A stretch of 64,000 bases of DNA from Octopus vulgaris (GCA_951406725.2 OX597830.1:9548001-9612000); one strand, 5' to 3'; shown: positions 10,718 through 23,869, counted from the first letter of the stretch. The notes: generated by a model from the letters alone, not told the origin. Made by a program: numbers and translations.

Positions 10718-11991
10718 TATTCTCAGTGCGTTCTGGCAGATTCGAACGTGGATGCCCAAGACTTTGTTGTGTTTTGTCACAGGAGAATACCTTCTCTTTT
10801 ACGACTGATGTGTTTTTAAAACACTGCACTCGATTCATTAGCGCAAGGGATTCTTAGAGCGCTCGTGTTTCGATATCGTTCTCTCTTGTCAGCCAGAGGC
10901 ACCCCGGACTAATGATTGGAACAAAGCTCGAAGCTCTTGTTCACTATTTCAGTGAACAAGCTGTTTGCTGATTAATGTCGATATCTGCCAACCGATAATA
11001 ATTGCACGGTGAACGGATAATTATTTGCACAATGAACAACGAGAATCAAAACAATGATTTGTATATTTATTCTTAATATATTCCGCCAGACTCGGACGCG
11101 AATGCACTAATCGCTGCTGTGCTAAGCCACAGGTGAACAACTTCTCTTTTACTACGAATAACTCACAGTTCTTTGAGAGAATCGTGTCTATCATGAATAA
11201 ACGTCCTGTGTTTCTTCCAGCCGTTGTTTTTCATCATTTTCCACCACCATCCCCTCGCATCATCTCATCCCTCATATCATCATTTCGCGATTCTCCACTC
11301 CTCTCTATCTCAAACCCATTCTCCTTCATATAAACCACCAAACACCCCACCCCGTTTCGTTACGACGACGACCATAACCATCAAGAACAACGACTCCACC
11401 ACCTCTACCACTACCACCGTCACCACCTCCATCTCCATCTCCACCACCATCATCGCCACCGCCATTAGCACTGTCACCACCAACAACATCACCATTAAGC
11501 GATTATCACGAATCACCCAACACCACCATCATCACCACCACTGACAGCAACAACATCAAGAAGAACGACTCTACCACCACCGTCACCACCACCATCACCA
11601 CCATCACCATCTTCAGCAACAACAACAAGAACACCACTGTAAACACCGCCCCCACCCCTTGGCAGCCCGGAAATCCGATCTCTCATCCTATGGTTCATAT
11701 AATTTGTCCTTTTCCAATTTATTAATGTTGAATAAATGATCCAGATAAGAGAGTTCTCTTAACGTCGGCCCTGGTGAGTACTCGAGCACTACGCACGTTT
11801 GGGAATTTGCACACAAGCAACCATCTACGTTTCAACATGGCCTCTTGTCACTCGATGCTCTCTGACATCTCTTCAAGATATTTTTCACTCTGAATAATGT
11901 GCCTATATGTGTACTGGCATACATAAACATACATACATACATACATACATACATACATACATACATACACACACATACATACATACATACA

Positions 11992-12027
<36 letters not shown>

Positions 12028-12130
12028 TACACATATATATTTAATACACTATATATATATGTATTTATTTATATGCATGTATACATACATAGATACAAAT
12101 AAAAACATAATATATATTTGTAGATATACT

Positions 12131-12519
12131 CTTTTACTTGTTTCAGTCATTTGACTGCGGCCATGCTGGAGCACCGCCTTTAGTCGAGCAAATCGACCCC
12201 GGGACTTATTCTTTGTAAGCCCAGTACTTATTCTATCGGTCTCTTTTTTGCCGAACCGCTAAGTTACGGGGACGTAAACACACCAGCATCGGTTGTCAAG
12301 CAATGCTAAGGGGACAAACACAAACACACACACACACATATATATATACATATATACGATGGGCTTCTTTCAGTTTCCGTCTACCAAATCAACACACAAG
12401 ACATTGGTCGGCCCGGGGCTATAGCAGAAGACACTTGCCCAAGATGCCACGCAGTGGGACTGAACCCGGAACCATGTGGTTGGTTGGCAAGCTACTTACC
12501 ACACAGCCACTCCTGCGCC
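12131..12519 (-). mobile_element. SINE family A, full length
   Basis: Near-identical reverse complement of 17429-17840. Confidence 0.9.
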
Positions 12520-12759
12520 TATGTGTATGTGCGTGTGTCTGCGCGCGCACGTGTATAGACGCAGGCGTGGTTGTGTGGTAAGAAGCTTGTTTTCCAACTT
12601 ATATGGTTCTGGGTTCAAGCCAACCAAAGCCTTGTAAGTGGATTTTGTAGACCAAATCCGAAAGAAGCCCGTCATTGGGGGAGGGAATTAGTCGATTATA
12701 TCGACTCCAAAAGGATAAAAGGCAAGGTCGGTCTTGGCGGAATTTTTGGATAAAGCTAG

Positions 12760-13120
12760 CTAAGGCAGTGAGTTGGCACAAACGTTACGACGCCAGAAAA
12801 AATGATTTTCCGTTCTAAATTCAAATTCCGCCGAGGTCGATATTGCCTTTCATTTTTTAGGGCTTCAATCAAATAAGTACCAGCTGTATCCTGGGGTCGA
12901 TACAATCGACATGCTATTCCCTCTCCCCGAACTTATTGGCTTTGTTCCAATCCTTGAAACCAAGTAGGGCAGCGAGTGGGCAGAATCGTTAGCAGCCCGG
13001 ATGAAAATCTTAGCGGCATTTCGTCCAGCTTCACGTTCGGAGTTCATATCCCGCCGAGGTCGACTTTGCCTTTCTTCCTTTCGGGGTCGATAAAATAAAT
13101 GTCAATTAAGCATTGGGATC
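12760..13120 (+). mobile_element. Two adjacent SINE family D copies
   Basis: Head GGCAGAATCGTTAGC, B box GAGTTCA(A/T)AT, core GAGGTCGACTTTGCCTTTC..CCTTTCGGGGTCGATAAA. Confidence 0.8.
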
Positions 13121-13530
13121 GATTTGTGCCCTTTAATTAATTTTCGATCGTTAATCCTTATAGTAGTCTCATGAGGGGTGTCTAATTCACTTGGCCAATC
13201 CCAGAGAGACAAGCAACCAGTCTGTTTATGCATATAACAACTGCAGAGGCTTCAAAAAACTGGAAATTCTGATTTGCATACTACAAGTATTTATATGTTT
13301 ATAGTATAGGAAATTTCAGAATCTTCAAGATATAAGACGTAAATTACTTTTTATGGTGAAACTCGAAGTAGATAAAGCTATGACTACATACATGTATATA
13401 CGTATAGATGTGATCTGTATACATATACATAGAACTAGCTATAAATATTTGTATGCATGCGTGTGTATGTGTATATATATACATATATATGCATATACAT
13501 AGATACATATATATGCTCATACATACATAC

Positions 13531-13748
13531 CATGGGATATTGAAAAGTTCCTGGATTTGGGTAAAAGAAAATTCAGGAGGATCAGTTAATTATGAATGTA
13601 TTGAATGTATTCCTTTCTCAGATTCACACACTTATTGCAGTGGTGCTTCAGTTTTTCTGAGCTCTGTAAAAAAACCCGGGATGTGGGGGCCTTCAGCTAG
13701 GTCTTTCGCAAAAGACTTAACGTCGGAAACATTTTAGCACCTCCACAT
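13531..13748. mobile_element. Degenerate mariner-derived MITE
   Basis: Imperfect termini TGGGATATTGAAAAGTTCC / GGAAACATTTTAGCACCTCCA. Confidence 0.45.
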
Positions 13749-13895
13749 ATAACTCCTAGTTTATCTCTGTTTATGCAGATCTACGTGTGTATGAATAGTG
13801 TATGCGTGTTTCCATACGCATACACAAACATACACGCGTGCACACACACACATATCTACATATTTACGTTAATATATATATATATATATATATAC

Positions 13896-13959
<64 letters not shown>

Positions 13960-13970
13960 GTATATTGGAA

Positions 13971-14348
13971 GCACTCCGTCGGTTACGACGATTAGGGTTC
14001 CGGTTGAGCCGAATCAACGGAACAGCCTGCGGAAATTAACGTGTAAGTGGCTGAGCACTCCACAGACACGTGCACCCTTAACGTAGTTCTCGGGGATATT
14101 CAGCGTGACACAGAGAGTGACAAGGCCGGCCCCTTGAAATACAAGTACAACAGAAACAGGAAGTAAGAGTGAGAGAAAGTTGTGGTGAAAGAGTACATGC
14201 AGGGATCACCACCATCCCCTACCGGAGCGTCGTGGAGCTTTTAGGTGTTTTCACTAATAAACACTCACAACGCCCAGTCTGGGAATCGAAATCGCGATCC
14301 TATGACCGCGAGTCCGCTGCCCTAACCACTGGGCCATTGCGCCTCCAC
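13971..14348 (-). mobile_element. SINE head B with tail 1, full length
   Basis: Reverse complement of 28639-28990. Confidence 0.9.
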
Positions 14349-14450
<102 letters not shown>

Positions 14451-15071
14451 ATATATGTGTGTGTGTGTAGATAATAATCTACGCAAAATCTATATCTATG
14501 CACATTGGCATATAATGATCACGTGGATGTTTGTTGGAGCTGGTGTCCATTAAGAGCCTGTATCAATTAATAGGTATTATATCGGCAATGTGTTGATTGT
14601 AAATTAGCAAGATTGATTAATTACACATAAAACTCACATTCATTCCGCCGGATTAGATTTAAATGCGATTTTATTTTGTCTACACATATACGATATCATA
14701 AGAACGGATTAACTTTGGATCTTAAAAGTAAAAGTTGATACTGGACTATTTTATGAACACCCACTTGGTTTTTTATTTTGAAGCACGTGAAGTCATTCTT
14801 GTGTGACTGCAAGACAGGTGGCTGGAACCTGTGAAAGACTAGATGTGGAATATACAAATTTTATATAATACGTATGTATTAATTTACACACACACACACA
14901 CATGCACACACATACAAACCACACACATACACCCCGCACATATATATATATATTAATTGCTGGTAGGCACACCGTGTTTTGTTTTCCGACCAAAATATAT
15001 TACCAAATATATTAAGTGTTTTAAAGTCGATGCTGTGTTCTCCTTTTGTGTTAGCTGTGCGATGTAATCAC

Positions 15072-15314
15072 TTATAAGTTATCTCTATAGAATTTCTGTA
15101 GAATTTAGCGCCAGTACCGAAAGTTATGAAGTTTGGTGTACGAATACGCCTTTGTAAACAATGGGAGGGAACAATGACTCCTTAAATATGCGTATATAAC
15201 CGTTATCTATTTTTCTATCTTATAGCGCATAGTTTCCATACACGTATTCGTATACCAAACGATGTAACTTTTAATGCTGTCTCTAGATTCTATAGAAAAT
15301 CAGTTAGATACACT

Positions 15315-15318
<4 letters not shown>
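15072..15318. repeat. Imperfect inverted repeat (MITE-like), ~75-bp arms
   Basis: TTTCTGTAGAATTTAG...AAAGTTATGAAGTTTGGTGTACGAATACG pairs with CGTATTCGTATACCAAACGATGTAACTTT...CTAGATTCTATAGAAA. Confidence 0.6.
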
Positions 15319-15387
<69 letters not shown>

Positions 15388-15568
15388 AGGGCTTAGTAAA
15401 ATAAATTACTTTGCCACATACTGAACTCATTAGAAATAGCAGCTAAAGAAATTTCTTCAGCTATTTCTAATACTTAAAGAGGATCTCTCTCAGATAGTGC
15501 TTGCTTAAACCAACTCACAAAAGTATGGGGGAAAAAAAACATTAAAAAAATGAAGTGCAAAGGTTATT

Positions 15569-15620
15569 TGAGAACGTACGTTTCTAGATTAGTCAATTCG
15601 ACATTTCTTTCTTCAGCTCA
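15569..15620 (-). ncRNA. Minimal type-I hammerhead ribozyme
   Basis: TGAG-CTGAAGA-AAGAAATGTCGAATTGACTAATCTA-GAAA-CGTACG-TT-CTCA; stem I TGAG/CTCA, palindromic stem III. Confidence 0.75.
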
Positions 15621-16127
15621 GAATTCCTTGAATCGGATTTGGGAACACTGAAAGTCGGGAGCATACCCTTTCGGCTTCTAATCACCTCTAGAATTCTGCT
15701 CGAACTAAAAGTGCTATCAAATTCGAATATGCAAGAGAAGAATTTCTGCTCTCCCCTTTCCACCAGCGTGGGTTAAAATTGACAAACACCATGTATTAAC
15801 GGTGAAAACCGCAGCATTTAGCAGAGAGAGATGAATTATAATTTCAACAATTGAGGGTAAAATTAATTAATTATTAATCAATTTCACCAAGTATTCAGTA
15901 TGTAAAGGGACCATTATAGGCGAATTCAAAATATTACATTATATATAAGGGCTTAGTAAAATAAATTACTTTGCCACATACTGAACTCATTAGAAATAGC
16001 AGCTAAAGAAATTTCTTCAGCTATTTCTAATACTTAAAGAAGATCTCTCTCAGATAGTGCTTGCCTAAACCAACTCACAAAAGTATGGGGGAAAAAAACA
16101 TTAAAAAAATCAAGTGCAAAGGTTATT

Positions 16128-16179
16128 TGAGAACGTACGTTTCTAGATTAGTCAATTCGACATTTCTTTCTTCAGCTCA
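16128..16179 (-). ncRNA. Minimal type-I hammerhead ribozyme, identical second copy
   Basis: Same sequence, 559 bp from the first. Confidence 0.75.
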
Positions 16180-16432
16180 GAATTCCTTGAATCGGATTTG
16201 GGAACACTGAAAGTCGGGAGCATACCCTTTCGGCTTCTAATCACCTCTAGAATTCTGCTCGAACTAAAAGTGCTATCAAATTCGAATATGCAAGAGAAGA
16301 ATTTCTGCTCTCCCTTTCCACCAGCGTGGGTTAAAATTGACAAACACCATGTATTAACGGTGAAAACCGCAGCATTTAGCAGAGAGAGATGAATTATAAT
16401 TTCAACAATTGAGGGTAAAATTAATTAATTAA

Positions 16433-16910
<478 letters not shown>

Positions 16911-16915
<5 letters not shown>

Positions 16916-17215
16916 AATGAAATAAAAAGCAGAACACAAAGGATGTCGCGGTACACAGGTTTCGAGCTTTATAAAACAACTTATTCTTACATCAATGTAT
17001 AATCGACATAACAGATGGTTTAAAGCTCTCTTCAGCCGCATGCAATTGCTACACCAAAGACCTGTATCACATTATGAAAAGTCTGAGAAAGGAACATTTG
17101 GTATTATTTATAATGGTAGGTAAACACTGAGTATCACTGAGAAAGTATGTTTGTAAATCTCCATAATCAAATAGGTGTACAGGATATTATTGGACTCCAA
17201 AAAACCGTCCATACC
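16911..17215 (-). mobile_element. Solo copy of a hammerhead-bearing repeat (ribozyme at 16947-17040)
   Basis: TGCGG-CTGAAGA-GAGCTTTA...TAAAGCTC-GAAA-CCTGTG-TA-CCGCG; homologous to 19293-19600. Confidence 0.8.
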
Positions 17216-17243
17216 GTTTTCTCACTCATATATATATATATAT

Positions 17244-17299
<56 letters not shown>

Positions 17300-17371
17300 T
17301 TTATAGAAGGAGCTTCTATGTATTGAGTACCTTATTTACTGTGGTTAACCCCGACTTAACCCGGGACCTAC

Positions 17372-17428
<57 letters not shown>

Positions 17429-17430
<2 letters not shown>

Positions 17431-17840
17431 CGCAGGAGTGGCTGTGTGGTAAGTAGCTTGCTAACCAACCACATGGTCCGGGTTCAATCCCACTGCGTGG
17501 CATCTTGGGCAAGTGTCTTCTGCTATAGCCCCGGGCCGACCAATGCCTTGTGAGTGGATTTGGTAGACGGAAACTGAAAGAAGCCTGTCGTATATATGTA
17601 TATATATATATGTATGTGTGTGTGTGTGTGTCTGTGTTTGTCCCCCTAGCATTGCTTGACAACCGATGCTGGTGTGTTTACGTCCCCGTCACTTAGCGGT
17701 TCGGCAAAAAGAGACCGATAGAATAAGTACTGGGCTTACAAAAAGAATAAGTCCCGGGGTCGAGTTGCTCGACTAAAAGGCGGTGCTCCAGCATGGCCGC
17801 AGTCAAATGACTGAAACAAGTAAAAGAGTAAAGAGTAAGA
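17429..17840 (+). mobile_element. SINE family A, full length
   Basis: tRNA-like head GGCGCAGGAGTGGCTGTGTGGTAAG...GGTTCAATCCC, CORE-like CTTGGGCAAGTG, internal microsatellite, GTAAAAGA repeat tail. Confidence 0.9.
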
Positions 17841-17858
17841 GTATATATATATATACAT

Positions 17859-17933
<75 letters not shown>

Positions 17934-18180
17934 CATATCCATGTGAGTATGTGAAAAGCTTCTTCCTTATCTCTTAAGGAGAGTATTCATAGCTTGGAAT
18001 GGAAGCTTATATATTGACATATATACTATACACACACATACGTATATGATAATATGATGGCAACTCACCTTTTCGACGTATGAGTGTTTCAATGAAAAGA
18101 TTTTTTTAAAGGTTTAAAAATAAAAAAAAATTGCTGCATCAATTTGCGATGGATGCGTGAATGAAATTTAAGTCCATGTA

Positions 18181-18690
18181 CAGTAATCTTTTGACTATCG
18201 CGGGTATTACATTACAAAACCCGGCGCGATAGGTGAAAATCTGCGAAGTAGAACCGGTACTGTACTGTATATTTTTTAAGATTACTTTTATAATTTGTAA
18301 ATATTTATTTTCTGCAAAGGAACACCATGGAGGAATTGACACCGCGATAGGTGAACGATTAGGTATTTATGTATATAGGGTGTCCTTCAAATCTCTTTAC
18401 AATATAAAGCTTCAAAGTATAGAGTCTGTAAAGATAAGTTATGGACATCCTGTATATAAATATACACTAATCCCTCGGCTATCGCGGTTGTTACGTTCCC
18501 AAACCCCCCGCGATAGGTGAAAATCCGCGAAGTAGAACCAGTGCTGTACTGAATATTTAAAAAAATTATTTTTATAATTTGTATATATGTATTTTATTAT
18601 GAATACAAAACAACACCACGAAGGAGTTTACGACGTAAGTTTAAATAATAAATCGCGACAGGTGAGCCGCGATATGGCGAGGGATTACTA
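18181..18690. mobile_element. Two pogo/Tigger-like MITE copies around a ~77-bp Tc1/mariner-type MITE (18376-18452)
   Basis: CA(G/C)TAATCCCTCG ... CGAGGGATTACT termini, duplicated CGCGATAGGTGAAAATC; inner AGGGTGTCC...GGACATCCTG with TA flanks. Confidence 0.65.
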
Positions 18691-18895
18691 TATGGATTTT
18701 ACTGTGAAACTGAAATCGCAACACTGGTGATTTCGAATTTGCATGGTACTGGATAAACATCCTTGTTGATTGCAGGATATAATTAGTTCATTATTCTGTT
18801 TTTTTTTTCTTTCAACTCAAGTTGTTTAGATGCTTCATGACACATTGTACGCCACGCTAATGGATCTAGGCAATAACTTACCCAAAATATTAAAT

Positions 18896-18938
<43 letters not shown>

Positions 18939-18944
<6 letters not shown>

Positions 18945-19250
18945 ATCACGTGACCGACCAGACCATTAGATGTTATTACACATCGCTGGTCACAATGCGT
19001 TCCCATTGCTTTAGCCTTCCAATGACGCCACCCCGCTGACTAAGCGAGCAGGCCAACAGAAGAAAGAGTGGGAGAAAATGTGGTGAAAGAGTACATCGGG
19101 GATCGCCACCCCACCCCACCTGCCGGAGCATCGTGGAGCTTTTTTTAGGTGTTTTCGCTCAATAAACACACACAACGCCCGGTCTGGGAATCGAAACCGC
19201 GATCGTACGACCGCACGTCCGCTGCCCTTACCACTGGGCCATTGCGCCTC

Positions 19251-19251
<1 letters not shown>
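18939..19251 (-). mobile_element. SINE head B with tail 2
   Basis: B head at 19060-19251; 3' part matches 46900-47025. Confidence 0.8.
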
Positions 19252-19292
<41 letters not shown>

Positions 19293-19295
<3 letters not shown>

Positions 19296-19844
19296 CAAAT
19301 GAAATCAAATGAAATCAAAAACAGAACACAAAGGATGTCGTGGTACACGTGTTTCAAGCTTTATAAACGACCTATTCTTACATCATTGTATAATCGACAT
19401 AAAGGATGGTTTAAAGCTCTCTTCAGCCGCATGCAATTGTTATACCAAAAATTTACATCACATTATGAAAAATCCGAAAGGTACAATTAGTGTTACCCAT
19501 AATGATAAATATATCAAGTCTCACTGAGAAAGTATGTTTGTAAACCTTCATAACCAAATAGGTGTGTAGGGTATCATTGGACTTCGAAAATCTGTCCATA
19601 CTTTAGAAACATACTTTCTCAGAGAGACTCGATATACCTATCATTATGGGTAATAACAAATATACCTTTCGGATTTTTTATAATGTGATACAAGTCTTTG
19701 GTGTAGCAATTGCATGCGGTTGAAGAGAGCTTTAAACTATCTGTTATGTCGATTATACATTGATGTAAGAATAAGTTGTTTTATAAAACTCGAAACACGT
19801 GTACCGCGACATCCTTTATGTTCTGTTTTTGATTTCATTTGATA
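19293..19844. mobile_element. Inverted pair (~240-bp arms) of a hammerhead-bearing repeat, Penelope-type inversion
   Basis: Arms 19303-19544 and 19602-19844; hammerheads at 19339-19431 (-) and 19715-19808 (+) with stem III CACGTG. Confidence 0.8.
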
Positions 19845-19946
19845 CTTATACCCTCTCACCTCTGCTACTAGCTGGCGTATATAGGAGCTTGCACTTATCA
19901 AATATTCACCCTAAATTTATTGTACGTACCTGACCGATGTATATAG

Positions 19947-20249
19947 GCGCAGTGGGCTGTGGGGAAAAAGCTTCCTTCCCAACCACATGGTTATGGGTTC
20001 AGTCCCACTGCGTGGCAGATGTATATATATATATATATATATATGGATGTATGTATATATGTATGTATTTGGTTGTCTGTGTTTTTATCCCCACCGTCGG
20101 TGTGTTTTAGTCCCCATGACATAGTGGTCCAGCAAAAGCGACCGATAGAATAAGTACTAGACTTACAAGGAATAAGTCCTGGAGTCGATTTGTTCGACTA
20201 AAGGTGGTGCTCCAGCATGGCCGCAGTCAAATGACTGAAACAAGTAAAA

Positions 20250-20252
<3 letters not shown>
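19947..20252 (+). mobile_element. SINE family A, internally deleted
   Basis: Head and tail match 17429-17840. Confidence 0.8.
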
Positions 20253-20308
<56 letters not shown>

Positions 20309-21455
20309 TATATAATATTTATCACACACACACACATTTAATCAGGGAAACAGTAATTTGAAAGTATTTGTACTCTCAAAATCCAGATAAAGGGTAGAGG
20401 AAATTCATTGTTTGCATTAATCCCGTGAATAGTATTCCACAAAGTACAATAGAATACAATGAACGGATAATCAAAAAAGCAGGTGAACTAGATTAAGTTT
20501 ACAACCCGGTAATGTTTACCAGAAAAAACATAAGACATACAACTAATATGGACTTAAGTGTAAGTCAATTACATCAACTCCAGTATTTAACTGGCGCTTA
20601 TTCTATCGACCTCGAAAGGATGAAACGCAGAGCCGACCACGTCGAAATTTGAACACAGAATATGAAAGACCGGCGGAATGCCGTTAAGTATTTTGTCGGC
20701 TGTGCGAACGATTTTGTCAGCTCGCCGCCATCATAGATACAACTAATATTGTAAAAACTCTGTATAAAAGACGTTGTAGGCCTGAGATATAAAACAGATT
20801 TCTTGATCCTGTGATCTAAAATAGAATTTTATGTTTGTGATGTAGAACAGACATTGTCTCTATTTAGTAAAGCTGGCTTCTTAATTCTGTGAGAAATATA
20901 TTAAAAAAAACAAAACAAGAAAAGAAGGAAACAAAAATTAGATTTTGTCACTGTGAACTAAGACAGACCATAAACGTATGAGCTGTGAAATAGACTCTCA
21001 TTCACAGCGTAAAAGTATATTATTTTTCTGTTGGTAGCCAAGTAGAGGCTGGCGGTAGTGGGGAAACTTCATTGTTTAAAAATGAAAACAGGAAACAGGC
21101 CAAATCCAGGTGTTTCTATAACCATATAACCGTTTGAATTACACTGATTTTGTGTAACCCGACGAATTCGTGTCCCAGACAATAGAATCAGACCGTTTTT
21201 TTAATTTAGTATCGTTCATCTTTAATCTCGTATTTGTTTCAGGCATTAGACTGCTGCCATGCTAGGGCACCTTCTTCAAGGATATTTAGTTGAATGAATC
21301 GACCCCAGAGATTAGATTTTTAAAGCCTGGTACTTATTCTATCGGAACCATTTAGCCGAACTGCCATATTACTAGGAGATAAACACACCAACATAGGTTG
21401 TCAAGCTGTAGTGGGGTACAAACTCAGACACACACGCACACACTAACACACACAC

Positions 21456-21507
<52 letters not shown>

Positions 21508-21522
21508 TTATACATACATATG

Positions 21523-21886
21523 TGGAGGCGCAATTGCCCAGTGGTTAGGGCATCTGACTCGCGGTTTCGATTCCCAGACCGGGCGTTATGAGTGTTTATT
21601 GAGCGAAAACAGCTGAAGCTCCACGAGGCTCCGACAGGAGGTGGTGGCGAACCCTGCTGTACTCTATCACCACAATTTTCTCTCACTATTTCTCCTTTTT
21701 TCTGTTGTACTTGTATATCGAAGGGCCAGCCTTGTCACACTCTGTCTCTCGCCGAATCTCCCCGAGAACTACGTTCAGGGTACACGGGTCTGTGGAGTGC
21801 TCAGCCACTTGCACTTTAAATTCACGAGCGGGCTGTTCCGTTGATCGGATCAACTGGAACCCTCGTCGTGGTAACCGACGGAGTGT
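21523..21886 (+). mobile_element. SINE head B with tail 1
   Basis: Matches 28639-28990. Confidence 0.85.
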
Positions 21887-21888
21887 CA

Positions 21889-21939
<51 letters not shown>

Positions 21940-21996
21940 GAAGGGCTTCTTTTATTTTCCATCTACCGAGTCCATTCACAATGCTATAGCCAAGCT

Positions 21997-22428
21997 GGAT
22001 CTTTTCGGTTTGAACGGCAGTTTTTAACATAATTTCTAGGTAACTAAAACATTTTAAACTTCGTATACTGGTAGAATGTGTTAATAAAACATCTTTTTCT
22101 CTTGGCTTTATTGAGAAAATTCTATAGTTTGTAAGATATTTGTTGTTTTTTTTCTTCAATTTCTGCAATTTCAACCAATCAAATACGTCTATTGAGGTAA
22201 AAAACATTCTGTGTCGTATGAATATGTCCCTCGTTTAAGACACAGATTGGGTTTATTTACAATTGTGAAGCACAAAAGATACCCTTCCCCCCACCCATAT
22301 TCCTAACCCTAACTAACCCTAACCCTAAAAAGAGTGAAATGCAATAGATCGATACTAGGGTCATAATTATGGGTGACAATTTCATATGACACCGCTAGAA
22401 AAGACTGCCGTTCAAACCGAAAAGATCC
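21997..22428. mobile_element. Non-autonomous DNA transposon with 25-bp perfect TIRs, nested in a family A SINE
   Basis: GGATCTTTTCGGTTTGAACGGCAGT / ACTGCCGTTCAAACCGAAAAGATCC; internal CCTAAC repeats at 22302-22327. Confidence 0.8.
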
Positions 22429-22796
22429 GCAAAGTTTTACTATAGGTTATACAAGATGTTATTGTATAACAAGATGCCATGCAGTGGGACTGAACCCGGT
22501 ACCATGTGGTTGGGAAGCAAACGTCTTACTACACATCCACACCTGCGCCTACATGTAGAAATTAAGTTTGCAAAGGGGCAGAATCGTTAATACACCGGAA
22601 TAAATGCTAAGCGGCATTTTTTCCAATTGTACATTCTGTGTCCAAATGCCAACGGTATCGACTTTAACCCTTTATCATTTCCACGTCGATAGTAACAGTT
22701 GACCATTGAGGTCGATGTAATCGACACACCATACCATCTCTCCCGAAATTGCTGACCTTGTGCAAAAATTTGAAATTAGTATGTGGAAATAATTAA

Positions 22797-23141
22797 GGCG
22801 GTGACCTGGCAGAATCCGTCGAGGTCGACTTTGCCTTTCATCCTTTCGGGGTCGATAAATTAAGTACCAGTTACGCACTGGGATCGATGTAATCGACTAA
22901 ATCCGTTTGTCTGTCCTTGTTTGTCCCTTCTGCGTTTAGCCCCTTGTGGGTAATAAAGAAATAGGTATTACGTCTGCCACTACGTTCTGAGTTCAAATTC
23001 CGCCGAGGTCGACTTTGCCTTTCATCCTTTCGGGGTCGATAAATAATGTACCAGTTACACACTGCGGTCGATGAAATTCCTTTGTCTGTCCTTGTTTATC
23101 CCTTGTATGTTTAGCCCCTTTGTGAGCAATAAAGAAATAAG
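22797..23141 (+). mobile_element. SINE family D, tandem body dimer with Tx1-like tail
   Basis: Two bodies each ending TTTGTCTGTCCTTGTTT...TAAAGAAATA. Confidence 0.85.
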
Positions 23142-23460
23142 AATCGTTACAGCTCAGCGGTATTTCGTCCGACTTTACGTTCTGAGTTCAAATGCCACCG
23201 GCGTCGACTTTCATAATATTCGGGTCGATGACGTAAGTAGCATTTAAAAAACTTCTGTCGATGTAATCGACATTTCTTTTCCTTCCGGAATTGCTGGTCT
23301 TGTGCCAAAATTTGAAAGTTATATGCAGAAATAATGAGTTCCTCCACGATTGTAGGAATTGTGTGTTTAATTAGCAGTATGAGCAATGAGCGGTCTAAAC
23401 GAAGTCGTGGAGAAGACTAAACGTATTGATTAAATAGAACATGTAACGAAACTTGGCTAC

Positions 23461-23869
23461 TTATTTCTTTACTATCCACAAGGGGCTAAACACAGAGGGG
23501 ACAAACAAGTACATACAAACGGATTAAGTCGATTATATCGACCCAGTGCGTAAATGGTACTTAATTTATCGATGTCAAAAGGATAAAAGGCAAGTCGACC
23601 TCGGCAGAATTTGAACTCACAACGTAACGGCAGACGAAATACTCATTTCTTTACTACCCACAAGGGGCTAAACACAGAGGGGACAAATAGGGACAGACAA
23701 AAGCAATAAGTCGATTATATCGACCCCAGTACGTAAATGGTACTTGATTTATCGACCCCGAAACGATGAAAGGCAAAGTCGACCTCGGCGGAATTTGAAC
23801 TCAGAACGTAACGGCGGACATAATACGGCTATGCATTTCGCCCGGCGTGCTAACGTATATGCCAGCTCG
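23461..23869 (-). mobile_element. SINE family D, tandem body dimer with Tx1-like tail
   Basis: Reverse complement of the same structure. Confidence 0.85.

Larger units (their letters stand above)
15379..16432 (-). mobile_element. ~560-bp head-to-tail dimer (1.9 units), one hammerhead per unit; retrozyme or Penelope pLTR-like
   Basis: Units start at 15379 and 15939, differ at about 4 positions by eye, flanked by (TA)n on both sides. Confidence 0.8.
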
